The notes: generated by a model from the sequence alone, not told the origin. Counted from the first letter of the stretch, positions 22,917-37,394 are shown. The stretch is 64,000 nt of DNA from Squalus acanthias (GCA_030390025.1 CM059431.1:105588001-105652000); one strand, 5' to 3'. Numbers and translations: made by a program.

Positions 22917-23378
22917 AAAGAAAGATTTACATTTATATAGTGCCTTTCACGACCACCGGACGTTTCAAAGCACTTTACAGCAAATGAAGTACTTTTGAAG
23001 TGGCGTCACTGTTGTAATGTAGGAAACACGGCAGCCAATTTGCGCTCAGCAAGGTCCCACACACAGCAATGTGAAAATGACCAGATAATCTGTTTTTGTT
23101 ATGTTGGTTGAGGGATAAATATTGGCCAGGACACCAGGTAGGTCTCCCCTGCTCTTCTTTGAAATAGTGCTGTGGGATCTTTTACGTCCACCTGAGAGCG
23201 CAGATGGGGCCTCGGTTTAACGTCTCATCTGAAAGACGGCACCTCAACAGTGCAGCACTCCCTCAGCACTGCACTGGAGTGTCAGCCTAGCTTTATGTGC
23301 TCAAGTTCTTGGAGTGGGACTATGAACCCACAACCTTCTCAGAGGCAAGGGTGCTACCAACTGAGCCACAGCTGACAC
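22917..23378 (-). mobile_element. Deu-domain SINE, near full length
   Basis: Reverse complement of 43251-43722. Confidence 0.9.
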
Positions 23379-23779
23379 TCCAAGTTAGCCACATGATATT
23401 ATCAATTACAAACTTAACAGGCACCAATCTGTCCCCAGAACAAATGGGCCAGTTTTCCTCTTCAATACCTGGGCTATCATCCAGCGGGTTCTATATCGGC
23501 CAGTCATTCCATTTAGTCACATTATTACCCCATCGTGAAGTGGAGAAGTTAGCCCAACGACGCTGGAGTCAAGTCCCTCCCTACCTTTTGCTATAACCCT
23601 CCGTGGTCAATGACGATCTACTGGTGATCGTGTTATTTTCTTTTTAAACCCAATTATAACTAATAACGCTTGTGGGTTCCCATTTCGTCTTTACACTGAG
23701 TAACTTGGGGAATATTGGAACTGCTTGAGGTGAATTGATTGATAGACAATAGTTCTGTACCAGGTCCCCCATGCTTTCT

Positions 23780-23955
23780 AGAAGTGAGGTAAAAGCCTCC
23801 TCTGCATTGAAGCAGAAGCTAGATTAGTACATGAGGGAGAAAGGAATAGAAGGATATGTTGATAGGGTGAGATGAAGAGGGGTGAGAGGAGGCTCATGTG
23901 GAGTATAAACACTGCATGTTGGGCCAAATGGCCTGTTTCTGTGCTGTAAATTCTA
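23780..23955 (+). mobile_element. CR1 3' end fragment
   Basis: Similar to 28230-28385. Confidence 0.65.
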
Positions 23956-24489
23956 AGCAAATAGCTGAGTCAGTTGTAGCATCTTGTAGTGCTGTGTAAA
24001 GTATTTATGTTTTTTTCACACTTTTTGCGTGATATGGTAGAAAATATTTAGCAAGGACAGAAAATGAATGATACCAAGAACAGTTTGTAAACAGACCATA
24101 AATAAAACTAGCCCTCTGCTCTCAACACTGTAGAACAGGCTTGCTTTCAGGGAAATTCCCCTTGCAATACATCATCCAAGTGTGTCCACACCATTAAAAC
24201 GGGTGATGGAGAGGCTCCTCCTTGAAGCTGTACAAACATGATTTTTTTTTTTAAATATACAAATTGAACAAAAACAGCTGATGATTAACGTAGAAGTGGA
24301 AAATCTTCTGCAATTGTGTTTGCGGTGGTCCCTGACACACTCCGAATCCACTGCTTGATCCTTCTATCACAGCCAACCAGGGACTGGGGCAGTAGCTGCA
24401 GACTCAGTGCTGGCTCCGATCCCACAGCCAGCAGCCAATCAGCCATCACAGTATGGGAAGACGCCCAATAAAGGAAGGGATTTATAGAA

Positions 24490-25035
24490 GCATCATCGAA
24501 TCGTACAGTACAGAAGACCACCATTCGGCCCATCGTGCCTGTGCTGGCTCTTTGAAAGAGCTCTCCAATTAGTCCCACTCCCTTGCTCTTTCCCCGTAGC
24601 CCTGCAAATTTTTCCTTTTCAAGTATTTATCCAATTCCTTTTTTAAAGTTACTATTGAATCTGCTTCCGCTTCCCTTTCAGACAGCGCTTTCCAGATCAC
24701 AACAACTCACTGAGTAAAGAAAATTCTCCTCAACTTCCCCCTGGCTTTTTTGAAAATTATCTTAAATCTGTGTCCTCTGGTTAGCGACCCTCCTGCCAGT
24801 GGAAACAGTTTCTCCTTATCTACTCTATCAAAACTTGTCATTATTTTGAACACCTCTATTAAATCTCCTCTTAACCTTCTCTGCTCCAAAGAGAACAATC
24901 TCGAGTTCTCTTGTCTCTCCATGTAATTGAAGTCCCTTGTCCCTGGTACCAGTCTAGTAAACCTCCTCTGTACCCTCTCCAAGGCCTTGCCATCCTTCTA
25001 AAATGTGGTGCCCACAATCGGACACAATACTCTAT
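24490..25035 (-). mobile_element. CR1 LINE 3' fragment
   Basis: ERVQRRFTRLVPG..LRGDLIEVFKIM..TRGHRFK. Confidence 0.85.
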
Positions 25036-26102
25036 ATTTATTCCACATAGAGGCCTTAATCACAAGGTACATCAGGACAGCGGGACAAGGTCTGTGCACC
25101 TTGGGTGGCCCTCTCCCTGACTTGCATTAAAAGTAGTATTGCGGCATTGATGCATTGCTGTGCATGCTCCGACCAGCATCAGCTGGTGGCTCGTCTGAAG
25201 AGGATCCCAAAGGTCACTTCATCTTTATTTTTGTGGAGTGGAAGGAGCAGGAGTGCTCTTCCAGGCTCCGCAAATCCAGCCGGATCCGCTTTCGGCTTCC
25301 CCCTCGTCCAGACAGCAGGGTGCCCCCACCAACAGACCTACCTTCAGTCCAGAAACCAGCCGTGCCACCAGATCTAGTGAGGGCCTGCAGCCGGCAGGCT
25401 ACCACGGGGCACTCAATCTCCGGCTGCAGCTCGCCGTCCTGATGCTAATGAGGCCAGGCTTCAACATGGATCGGGGCATGTGGAAGACGGGAAGGTGGGG
25501 GGAATTGGGAAGACGGGGGAATGGGGTAAGAAGGGGAGAATTGGGGAAGACGGGGGAATGGGGAAAATGATGGGGGAGAAAGACGGTGGGGGGGGAATGG
25601 GTTCTAGGGCATATCCATAACTTTGATCTTCCTATCTGAGTACAAGAACATACGAGCATGGGAGGCACCAGAAGTAGAGCTAAAGGAAGACAAATAAGGT
25701 TTGGCAAAAAAAAATCTACAAAAGTCTTCAAGAGAAACCGGTAGACAGCAGGTTGAAGGATCATAGATGCAATAACAATCATGCTACTATAGGGTTATTC
25801 AAGATGAATTACTTTCACATTTACTAAGCCCTCAATGATCTCATTAGATCTATTTCCAACCAATTGCCATTATTATTTTTGAGTCATTGCTCTTTCGTCT
25901 TTCATACCGTTGGCATCTCCCCTCTATATTTAACTTTATGTAGAACTGTGCTTACTCAATAGCGTTCAGCACAGTGATGTGATACAGCCTTTCTTTTCAA
26001 TAGAGTCATATTTAAAGCTAGTACAGAGGAGAATCAAAGATGAAGATCGCATCCCTCTGACGACGCTCGGTCAAGAACATGTTTATCAGCTTTTGCTAAT
26101 TA

Positions 26103-26447
26103 AAAGAAAGAAAGACTTGCATTTATATAGCGCCTTTCATCACCACCAGACGTCTCAACGTGCTTTACAGCCAATGAAGTACTTTTTGAAGTGTAGTCAC
26201 TGTTGTAATGTGGGAAACACGGCAGCCCATTTGCGCACAGCAAGCTCCCACAAACAGCAGTGTGATAATGACTAGATAATCTGTTTTAGTGATGTTGATT
26301 GAGGGATAAATATTGTCCAGGACACCGGGGATAACTCCCCTGCTCTTCTTCGAAATAGTGCCGTGGGATCTTTTATGTCCACCTGAGAGGGCAGACGGGG
26401 CCTCGGTTTAACGTCTCATCTGAAAGACGGCACCTCCGACAGTGCAG
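26103..26447 (-). mobile_element. Deu-domain SINE, truncated
   Basis: Core and tail homology. Confidence 0.85.
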
Positions 26448-26719
26448 GTAGGTTAGTTAGTCTAAACTGTTGTCCAGTCAGTGACTCAGAAAGACATTAA
26501 ATCATCAGTCAGTGTCACAGAAAGATCTGTATTGGAAAATAAATGTGCCATACCAACTGTCGGTAGTTGTTCAGTGCAACCAAATGTATCAGTTACTGGG
26601 GTTGATCATCTCTAGATACAGGAGAAATTAGTTTACAGCACGTGCCTGAATTTGCAATACACACTCACGATGAGCGAGCATCCCTGTTGGGAGCACAATG
26701 AATTTTTTGTTACATCGGA

Positions 26720-26945
26720 TATACGGCACAGAAACAGGCCATTCGGCCCAACCAGTCCATGCCGGCGTTTATGCTCCACTCAAGCCCCCTCCCATCCCTC
26801 TTCATCTCAGCCTATCAGCATAACCCTCTATTCCCTTCTCCCTCCTCTGCTTATCTAGCTTCCCCTTAAGTGCATCTAAACTATTCGCCTCAATCACTCC
26901 CTGTGGTAGCGAGTTCCACATTCTCACCACTCTGAGTAAATAAGT
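26720..26945 (-). mobile_element. CR1 3' end fragment
   Basis: Reverse complement similar to 28170-28385. Confidence 0.7.
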
Positions 26946-28069
26946 TTCCCTGTATCACCTCTGAGATATCCCCCCCAAAATCGAGTGCAAAAGCAATTCT
27001 CAGGTCAATAAATACCGTCCCCTGCCAGCCTTCTTCCAGATGTTAGCATTCACAAATTTAATTAAAAACTTTTTTTGCAAAATTTCATGAGTGCGCACAC
27101 AGCGACCAACACTGGGACCTCATTCCTTTCCCGTGGAACTTCGAAACAACCAGAACAATAAGGCAATCCACCAAAGTGTTCATCTACATTACAGCTTCAA
27201 ATCTCATCCCCGCAATCAGACTGAAATTGAATCGGGGAAAAAATACAATGAGCAATAAGGCATAAATAATTAGAGCAGATAGTTTAGTATTTTTTAACGA
27301 CTGCCTTATCCCATTGCTCATAGACGAAGATATGCAAATAATGATAAAATACTTAAATCTGTAGTGACTAGTATTATTCAAGGAATAGTAGTCTCTACAG
27401 GAATCTATAATTGCTGATAACAGTGATCCTAACAACCTGCAATAATTAGAATCCAAACTTAGTATATCGAAAGTAATATGTTTGTCAAGTGCAAGAAATT
27501 TCTGATGTTAAATGTATTAATATTTCCGCAATTTGTTTGTGAAAACACACCTGCTTTGTGTGTTTGATTTTAAACAACAGTTTATTAAAAGGTATATTTT
27601 AATGTTTTCGAGATAAAGAATGCCAGGGATAGAAGATTTTTCTCTTGGCAGTAATAAGCATACTCGGAGAAGATTAGCACGAATGAAGTGTAAAGTTCCT
27701 TCCACATTGTTTCAATAATGTGCCTCAACCCACTTCGCAGAAAAGAACCGCCCTGTTACACCAGTGCAATACCTCAACAAATCAGCCATTTTCTGCCTTT
27801 TCTAAACGACTGTGCCAAATGATGAAAGCTATATCTTGTCAGCTGACATTCACTTGGAATTAGGTTCAGACTATCCAATGTCATGTTACTCGGAACTGGC
27901 AAAGAGGGGAGAATCGTTGTCCTAGACTTAAACCCGGATTCTAGAGGTTAAAAGGGACATTTTCTTTACATACAAGGCCCTGCACCATCCAATCCCTCTT
28001 ACAGCAGCAATCTGAATTTAGATTACAAAGTTACAATTAATCAAATATATTCCTTATAATGTCTTTGAA

Positions 28070-28390
28070 AAGATGTTTCCACTTTTGGAGGAGTCCAAAA
28101 CTAGGGGCCATAAATATAAGATAGTCACTAATAAATCCAAAAGGGAATTCAAGAGAATCTTCTTTACCCAGAGAGTGGTTAGAAGGTGCAACTCGCTCCC
28201 ACAAGGAGTCGTTGAGGTGAATAGCATTGATGCATTTAAGGGGAGGCTAGATAGGTACATGAGGGAGAAAGGAATAGAGGGATATGCTGATAGGGTGAGC
28301 TGAGGTAGGGGTGGGAGGAGGCTCGTGTGGAGCACGGACCAGTTGGGCGAATGGTCTCTTTCTGTGCTGTAAAATTCTATGTAATGTAAA
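28070..28390 (+). mobile_element. CR1 3' fragment
   Basis: TRGHKYK..FFTQRVVR..FKGRLDRYM. Confidence 0.8.
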
Positions 28391-29309
28391 ATTAAATACA
28401 CACAAGCTATGGAAAGTGCAAAAGACTTTAAAGCCATGGATATTAAGAAGGCACTTGTGCAGGGGAGGCGAAATTTCTCCATTTAAAAAAAAAAGGACTG
28501 AAAGCTGAAACACTTAGTCAGGTAGAAAATGATAGAAGGCTCAGAGATAAGAGTATAATATATGAAGGATTTGCTATGCCCTTGTCAAATGAAATGAGAT
28601 AAAACCCAACAACACTGCAGTTCTAATCATGTAAAACAACATCACCTCAGTTCAAATCAAATGAGCTGATTGCCGAAGCCATCACCATCAACCTCTATAC
28701 AACAAAAAGTCATTCCGAAAATGAAATAAATCTCCAACAAACACTCCAGCATATATTACATAGAATAGCACAGGTTGGGGTGTTTCCATTATAGAGCACG
28801 TCACTGGATCAAAATAAAACGTATAAACCATTCTAGGTCCACTCTCATGTTTACTAGTGCTATTTCTACCTCTCAATGTGTGTGCTTCAATGTTTTGTAA
28901 CATGTTCAAGGAGTTTGGATGACATCATAACCCTTAAATGCAAAGCTTACCCAGTTTCCAATCCTGTCACGCCTACTGTGGCTTTGGACACCCATCCCAG
29001 CTATTTCTTCATTCTCCCTGCTTACCACATGCTTCCATCTTTCTGTAATGGTAAGTATTAAAGTTGTTGCAGTTCATGGGTATGTTTTCCTAGTGTTTAA
29101 GCAAATTGTTTATTAAAGTAACGACAGACATTTCTTTAACTTTACACACAGAGGAAGATATACCCCACTATCTTCTATTGTCATCCTGACATTTTCATTC
29201 ACGATAGCAAATTGCCGCTGTTCTGGTCATCAAAGGTTAACATTATAGTGTTTGATCAGGGAGCTTTATTGGGAAAAAATATATGTTCATGATAAATGAG
29301 CATAATAAT

Positions 29310-29515
29310 TTAAGAAATAGGAGCAGGAGTAGGCCATTCGGCCCTTCGAACCTGCACCATCATTCAATAAGATCATGGCTGATTTCTACCTCATCTCCAC
29401 TTTCCCGCACTATCCCCATATCCCTTGATTCCTTTAATATCCAAAAATCTATCGATCTCTGTCTTGAATATACTCAACGACTGAGCCTCCACAGCCTTCC
29501 GGGGTAGAGAATTCC
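29310..29515 (-). mobile_element. CR1 3' end fragment
   Basis: aggagcaggagtaggccattcggccc tail in reverse. Confidence 0.75.
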
Positions 29516-30619
29516 AGGAAGACAGCTTTTTATTTAAATGCACTCCTTTTCACTGGGTTATAATATCTCTCTAACAGATTATTAGAAATGCGTTAAAACA
29601 ATCAACACACTTGAAGGAGTTTGGAAGACTTTGATAAATGAAGACAGCAATACTGAAGAGGTGTCAATCATCAACTCAAGATACTTTAGCCATTTTATAT
29701 TCTTTAAAATACATATATTTCCATTGGAGAACTTTCCCAATTAAATTTTGTGACTAAAATTTGTATTTTTCAGTAGCACTGCCACCATTATGGCTGCTTT
29801 TTTGTCTAACAATACTCCTGTGCAGCGCCTTGGGACATTTTACTATGTTAAAGACGCTATATAAATACAAGTTGTTGTTGTTGCTAAGATTTGCTATGTG
29901 ATTTTGTATCTGACAGGATGCTTTCAATGGATTTAACACTGTACCAGGGTTATCGTACCATTGTCTGACAAATTGAGTGAGTATCTAAAATAGATCACCC
30001 TCTCTTGCTTCAGAAAGTGTCTTTGGATATCATTTAACTCTATAAATAACGACAATTTCTGTAGCGCACATTCATTTGAAGCAAATGTACAGAGAAACTG
30101 GTTGAAAAGACCACCAGCGTGACTGGAACTGTATTACGAGGCCCATTTCACTATGGCAACTATCCCATGGCATGAGCCTTCACTAACAACTCGTCATCCC
30201 TGCATACAGCCCAAATCCACACCGGTAACGTGTTGGCTTCCCACTATCTAAAAGAAAGACTTGCATTTATAGAACATATTTCACTACCTCAGGACGTCTC
30301 AAAGCGCTTTACAGCCAATGAAGTGCTTTTGAAGTGTTGTAATGTGGGAAACGCAGCAGTCAATTTGCACACAGCATGGCCCCACAAACAGCAATGTGAT
30401 AATGACCAGATAATCTGTTTTAGTGACGGCCACTATTAATGATTTTGACCTGCAGGTGTATTAAGAAACCACTGTGAAGATACAGAAGGAAATCTCTATA
30501 AAGATTCTCTGAAATCAGTCATCAAGGTATATTATTAGAGACTGGTTTCACTCCTAAAGTCTTGCGCTAATTTTCCATTGATAAATATTTAGTATTTCTA
30601 TCTACGCAAACAAACGTAG

Positions 30620-31018
30620 TTTAGTAGAATGAGAGGTGATCTCATTGAAACATTTAAGATTCTGAGAGGGATTGACAGGGTCGAGAGGTTGTTTCCCCTG
30701 GCTGGAGAGTCTAGAACTAGGGGGCATAGTCTCAGGATAAGGGGTCGGCCATTTAAGACTGAGATGAGGAGGAATTTTTTCACTCAGAGGATTGTGAATC
30801 TTTGGAATTCTCTGCCCCAGAGTGCTGTGGATGCTGAGTTGTTGAGTATATTAAAGGCTGAGATCGATAGATTTTTGGACTCTAGAGGAATCAAGGGATA
30901 TGGGGATCGGGCAGCAAAGTGGAGTTGAGGTCGATGATCAGCCATGATCTTATTGAATGGCGGAGCAGTCTCGAGGGGGCCGTATGGCCGACTCCTGCTC
31001 CTAATTCTTACATTCTTA
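30620..31018 (+). mobile_element. CR1 3' fragment
   Basis: MRGDLIETFKILRG..TRGHSLRIRG..WNSLP. Confidence 0.85.
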
Positions 31019-31160
31019 TACAAAGTGCAGCTGTGAAAGATTGTCAATTGCATACACAATTCTCAAACACAGCTTGGATTTTGTTTAAATTTCAGAAATA
31101 GCTTAAAAGTTAGGTGACCAAATCATGTAGCGATACAGATAGGAATGACACTGCAACATC

Positions 31161-31758
31161 AATGAGAAGTCGCACAACACCAGGTTATAGTCCAACAGTT
31201 TTATTTGAAATTACGAGCTTTCGGAGCGCTGCTCCTTCATCAGGTAAAGTGAGGGAATACAAATCAGATACAAAGCATATATAGACAGAGAACAATGTGT
31301 TTGCAAAGATACAATCAGTCAGGAAGGCATTACATCAAAGACACAGCAGAATACAGCTAAGACAATGAGGTGGGGTCACAGGGGGTCCAACGTGTCAAAT
31401 GCTGCAGTCTGCAGTTAAGCTTTTTACTTTTTTTTTAAAACTGAGTAAAAAAAAAGTAAAAAGCTTAACTGCAGACTGCAGCATTTGACACATTGGACCC
31501 CGTGACCCCACCTCATTGTCTTAGCTGTATTCTGCTGTGTCTTTGATGTAATGTCTTCCTGACTGATTGTATCTTTGCAAACACATTGTTCTCTGTCTAT
31601 ATATGCTTTGTATCTGATTTGTATTCCCTCACTTTACCTGATGAAGGAGCAGCGCTCTGAAAGCTCGTAATTTCAAATAAAACTGTTGGACTATAACCTG
31701 GTGTTGTGCGACTTCTCATTTTTGTCCACCCCAGTCCAACACCGGCATCTCCGCATCA
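31161..31758. mobile_element. Penelope-like element, inverted pLTR pair forming a ~560-bp palindrome
   Basis: Arms 31161-31437 and 31446-31720; TSD cactgcaacatca (31149-31161, 31757-31769); family copy at 42631. Confidence 0.85.
31635..31670 (+). ncRNA. Minimal hammerhead ribozyme motif (mirror copy on - at 31215-31245)
   Basis: CUGAUGA-a-GGAGC-agc-GCUC(C/U)-GAAA-GC-UC. Confidence 0.7.
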
Positions 31759-32175
31759 CTGCAACATCAGGTATATGCCTACCCCTCAACTCCATCAAAC
31801 CCCTTTGAAGACCTAAAAGCTAGGCACGCATCGCTATGCATTCATAATGAACGGAGCAGACATTTTATACAGTTTTAGAATAACAGCATGAGTAAAACCA
31901 ACATAATGGAAACTAAAGGGACAGACTGAGTGCTCTTGTCATACGTTGGCTCTGCGAGCAGGCACTCAAGCTGGAACAAACTCAGTTCCAATCCTTATAA
32001 ATGTTTTACGAGTTGGACCTTTATTTAAAAGCTGAGAAATTCTGTGGCCGACATTAACAGTCAAACATTTAACTCGTTCGTACGGCTCTGCATTTGTCGG
32101 ACATCCCTGTTAAAATAACAGACAGAGGGAATGCCATATGAATGTATTTATTCATGAATGTGCCAACGTAATTCA

Positions 32176-32490
32176 GAATCATAGAATGATGCAGCCCATT
32201 GTACCTCTTTGTTAGATCTCTCCCATTAGTCCCACTCCCCCCTGCTCTTTCGCCACAGCCCTGCAAATGTTTCCTTCAAGTATTTAACCAATTCCCTTTT
32301 GAAAGTTACGATTGAATCTGCTTCCACCGCTCTTTTCAGGCAGTGAATTCCAGATCACAACAACTTGCTGAGAAAAAAAATGTCTCTTCACCCGTCTGGC
32401 TTTTTTTGCCAATTATCTGAAATCTGTGTCCTCTGGTTACCAATTCTCCTGCCAGTGGAAGCAGTTTCTCACAACCCACTCTTTCAAAAC
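32176..32490 (-). mobile_element. CR1 3' fragment
   Basis: Similar to 4558-4882 and 24490-24830. Confidence 0.75.
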
Positions 32491-33199
32491 CCCTCCAGCC
32501 AAAAATTCCTCAAAATCCAACGCTTTTGCCACAATTTGCTTCCCGCGACTATCTTTTACTACAGGTGTGGACTCACGTTTGGAGTGCAGATACATGAACA
32601 CAGACAGTCCAGCAGTATCTTGCCCCAGTAACCTTCATTCATGTGTCAGCATGGACACCAAGGGAGCCGTTTCCACTATGGGCACGGACACCAACTCAGC
32701 CATTTGCACTATCAGCATGGCCCAAAATGGAAGTTCAATGGAAAGGAAAATCGTGCCGGGTAAATAACGGGCAGTCGATCCACAACCATCAGCTTTCAGT
32801 CCGTGCCCAACGTGAAAAGTACACCCCACGTATCAGCAAATTCAACCGTAGGGCCATAATCCTCAACTGAGGGTTTCAGCTCCCTCTCCGCATTATGTTT
32901 AGTGTACCCGCTAAAGTATTTGCATAAATTTCGGTCTGTGATGCTTTACTGCAGACATTAACCCATTTTGAAATCACTTAAGCCTTGGACCTTATTGATC
33001 TGTGTGGTCCATTTATCCGCTGAATGCAAAGCATTTATAAATATATTACAGAGCTGCCAACACAGGGGTAATATTTGCAGTAGCAAATAATAGACCAGCA
33101 AGAATGACACAGATTGCAAAACTATTTCAATATATATGGATTTTTGACCTCACTCCCCCCCCACCCTCAGTGAGTTTATCAAGTACACAGCATAAGCGT

Positions 33200-33920
33200 A
33201 CGATGGGCCTAGATAGAGTGGATAGGAAGGACCTATTTCCCTTAGCAGGGAGGTCAATAACCAGGGGGCATAGATTTAAAGTAATTGGTGGAAGGTTTAG
33301 AGGGGAGTTCAGGAGAAATTTTGGAGGTAGAAGTTATGCTGCAGCTATACAAAGCGCTGGTTAGACCACACCTGGAGTACTGTGAGCAGTTCTGGGCTCA
33401 ACACCTGAGGAAGGATATATTGGCCTTGGAGGGAGTGCAGTGTAGGTTTACCAGAATGATACCCGGACTTCAAGGGTTGGTACGTGGAAAGATTACACAA
33501 ATTAGGGTTATATTCCCTAGAATTTAGAAGGTTAAGGGGTGATTTGATCAAAATTTTCAAGATATTAAGGGGAACAGATAGGGTAGATAGAGAGAAACTA
33601 TTTCCACTGGTTGGGGAGTCTAGGACTAGGGAGGCATCGTCTAAAAATTAGAGCCAGACCTTTCAGGAGTGAAATTAGGAAACACTTCTACACACAAAGG
33701 ATGGTAGAAGTTTGGAACTTTCTTCTGCAAATGGCAATCGATGCTTGATCAATTGTTAATTTTAAATCGGAGATTGATAGCTTTTTATCAACCAAAGGTA
33801 TTAAGGGATATGGGGCAAAGGCGGGTTTATGGAGTTAGATCGCAGATCAGTCATGATCTCATTGAATGACAGAACAGGTTGGAGAGGCTAAATGGCCTCC
33901 TCCTGTTCCTATGTTCCTAT
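33200..33920 (+). mobile_element. CR1 3' fragments (composite of two)
   Basis: ITRGHRFK piece followed by [13 protein letters not shown].. through to the 3' tail. Confidence 0.8.
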
Positions 33921-34154
33921 ACAGAACTTGACGGTTGCACAGTCTGTGTTGAGTTCGCTTAATGGGGACAGCAGAAGGGATGATATCATTGCCCTCAGCG
34001 CCCTTGGGTTAGGGTAGGGAAAACCTATCAGTTAGGCTCTCGTTGCTCATCACTATTGAACAACTCCTGCCAAAACCACATGTGAAGGCTAGGCGAGGAC
34101 AGGATAAGGTTGGCTGCAGTATCCGCATGGTCAAGTAGTCTGCCCCTGCTCACT

Positions 34155-34312
34155 AAAACAAAAGCAAACTACTGCTGGAAATCAGAAATTAAAAAAAAAA
34201 ATCACCTCTAACGTCTTCCAGTTCTGACCAAAGGTCATCGACCTGAAACATTAGCTCTTGCCACAGATGATGCCTGACCTGCTGAGTGTTTCCCGCATTT
34301 TCTCTTGTTATT
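34155..34312. mobile_element. Penelope-like pLTR fragment, inverted arrangement, degenerate hammerhead
   Basis: ttctgaccaaaggtcatcgacctgaaac; flanking direct repeat tgctcact. Confidence 0.6.
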
Positions 34313-36314
34313 CCCATTGCTCACTGTCTACTCTCTCACAAATAACGGCCATTTGGTAACCTGCACCCATGGGATCATAACCCAAGCAAGGAGTCAATGC
34401 CTTCAAGAGAGGGGCAGAAAAAAATGGTTACGATTTTTGTTTGAAAGACAGACAATAGGCAAAATCGGCTTTAAACCTAAATAAGTGGCGGTGACTCCTA
34501 ATGAATGATAATTGGCAGGTCTGGTACTAATAAAGTCCTCGCTTTCCTGACGGGGTGATTGTTAATTTTGCCTCTTTGCTCAGATTTCTTTTGCTATTTC
34601 AGGACCATTTCTGGCCAATCTTCCTAGTGCTTATGTTGGTATTTATGACACATGGGGACATATCACTGTACAATAGGTAACGGTTTGCACCCTGTGTGCA
34701 TCCAAATTGGTTCATAATTGCAGTCAGGAGATGATGAATGAAAAAGGTGCTCTATATAGGCAGTGCTGGTACCGTTCATTAGCAGCAAGAGGTGAGGGAG
34801 ACACTGATCAAAAGGCCAGAAGCCTTCTCATATATTGCTAGAAAGGGAGGGAAAATTGAAAGGAAAGTTACTGCTGGCTGCACTCTCACACCTCCTAGTG
34901 GTCAGTTGCAGAACAGTATTGACAGCAGCCCAGACTTAAAGTAGAGAAAAAATAATTTACTAAAGGAACTGTTATGTAGCTTTCTACATGAAGTTTGACC
35001 TAATTATAGTACTAGAATTGTACAATAACATTTTTTTTTCAATTGAGTTAACAATCTTATCGACCTCTCCAACCAGAATAATTCACAATTTTTCATCATT
35101 TTGTTGGGTGTAATCCTTCTAGCCATGTAAGAGAGGATGTACAGCAAAAATGTGCTACCTTTTCTGGTGAATGCTTATCAATGTTCAGAATACTATTGCT
35201 GGAGAACAGAACATATTTTTCTATTTCAGGCACCCGGTGCCAGTATCAAACACTCCCAAAAGTCATGTAGATCATGGTTAAAAGCAGAGGAAAGCTCCTC
35301 CAACAATATCTAGGTCAACCCCAACCTCAGGAATACACCAGCTGTGAACTCTGTGTAAAAATGCCACGTTGCGCCTCCTCAGAAGCAGGTTGAGATTACC
35401 CGAACTTATTTCATGCAGCACCCATGCAACCAGCGGGCAGAGGATTTATTCATCTCATCAAGCTGGCTTGAACTGAAGCCCGGGTTCCAGCAACGGACGT
35501 CTAACCTCCTGCAACCTCCAGCGCTGGTTACAACGAATGCTTTGTGCTTGATGTTCTGAATTTATGTAAACATTTTACAAATTTTCAGCCAATTGAAAAC
35601 AATAAAGCACCTTGCTATATTAGGAGTTGTTTCACTCTTTGGGCTCGAAAAATATAATTCTCTCCACCATGAGCGGCCGTGCCTTCAGCTGCCTAGGCCC
35701 CAAGCTATGGAGTTCCCTCTCCACCTCTCTATTCTTCATTAAGATGCTCCTTAAAACCTACCTCTTTGACCGAGCTTCTGGTCACCTGTTTTAATATCTC
35801 CTTACGTGACTCAGTGTCAAACTTTGCCTGGTACGCTCCTATGAAACACCTTGGAACTTTTACTATGCTAATGGCGCTATATAAATGCACGTTGTTGATT
35901 ATATATCAATAACATGCATTTATATAATACCATTGTTTCACAGGAACATTAGCAAAATTTGATTTCTACACAGAATTTCATGAGTTGTACCTCTCTGAAA
36001 TAGTAGCTAAATGAACACCAGCTCTCCCGTCCATACCGCAGTCTGCTTCTTCTGAACTGTCAGCTTCTCCACAATAGCCAAATGGTTGGAAAGTTCTGAC
36101 TTGTGGGCTTCTCCCAGCAGGCAAAGCTCCACTCCAAGACTTCAACTTCGTCAATTCTGCCCTTTAGTTGGCAACATCCGTGCAGTTGTTTACACAGAGA
36201 TACACATGAGCTGTACAGTCGCAGATGTTTCTGAATTTTCAACTTCTACCCAGCCAAAAAAACACAATTGTGGTTGGGGCATCCCACTCTTCCACACTCA
36301 AAAGTCTCAAGAAC

Positions 36315-36650
36315 AACTTGCATTTATATAGCACCTTTAAACTTAGTAAAACGTCCCAAGGAGCTTCACAGGCGCGTTATCAAACAAAGTTTGACACCGA
36401 GCCACATAAGGAGATATTCAGACAGGTGACCAAAAGCATGGTCAAAGAGATAGGTTTTAAGGAGCGTCTTAAAAGGAGAGGTAGAGAGGCGGAGAGGTTT
36501 AGGGAAGGGATTCCAGAGTCTCGGGCCAAGGCAGCTGAAGGCACGGCCACCAATGGTGGAGCGATGAAAGTGGCCAGAATTGGATGAGCGCAGAGATCTC
36601 AGAGGGTTGTAGGGCTGAAGGAGGTTACAAAGATACAGAGTGGCAAGGCC
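36315..36650 (-). mobile_element. L2-like LINE 3' end (related + strand piece at about 35660-35900)
   Basis: ccttaaaaccta..ctctttgacc and gctatataaatgcaagttgtt tail. Confidence 0.6.
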
Positions 36651-37394
36651 ACGGTGGCAAATAAAGCCTTACAACAGCCAGTTTCTCCAAACCCTTAGGA
36701 GACTTTATTTGTTGAAGCTATAAGACTTCTGTGCTCCTGCTGAAAGTTTGATGCACTCTACTGGCTGATCGACCAGAATTTATGATGATTACCAAGCACG
36801 TCATATATTTCTGCTCTTCCTCTCACAGCTTCAATACTTATTCTAATAAGTATTAAAACTGTTCAAAAAGTGAATGACATTGACTTTCGATATGAAACAC
36901 AGTGTTTTGATCCTACTTCCACCCCATATGGAGCTGTAATAAAATACATTTCATTTCGCACAACATCCTAGACCTCATTCTGTGCGGTTGTTGACAGCTT
37001 GTTGGAGAGACTTCCCTGTCTTTTACTTTGTGGCTGATATGTGTGATCTTCCTCTCGCATTATTGTCACAATCTAGTGGCACTTGCTCATCTGTTTGCCA
37101 AGTTCACAGTTTCCGACTGTAACTATTCCCCGTCTCCCTTTTTTTTTTTCCTGACCTGATTAGAATCAGGAATGCTCTTGTCCTGTGAGTCATTTGCCCT
37201 TCAAAATTGCACGAGCACATTTTGCTGCTCTTTTCAAATGTACCTGCTAAAAATAATCACACTTCCCACGACCACAGGACATCCCAATTATTCAAATGAG
37301 TTGACCATGGAAAACTGCAGGCAGTCAGCTCATTGTACTGTCTCGCATACTTTACCCTACCGCTATGGGGGGGGATTGTCCTATGAATGGGGGG

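Noticed and set aside
36030..36170. Possible minus-strand host exon (RAELTKLKSWSG..SEEADC, donor GTATGG)
   Set aside because: Weak acceptor, no recognisable homology and no neighbouring exons identified
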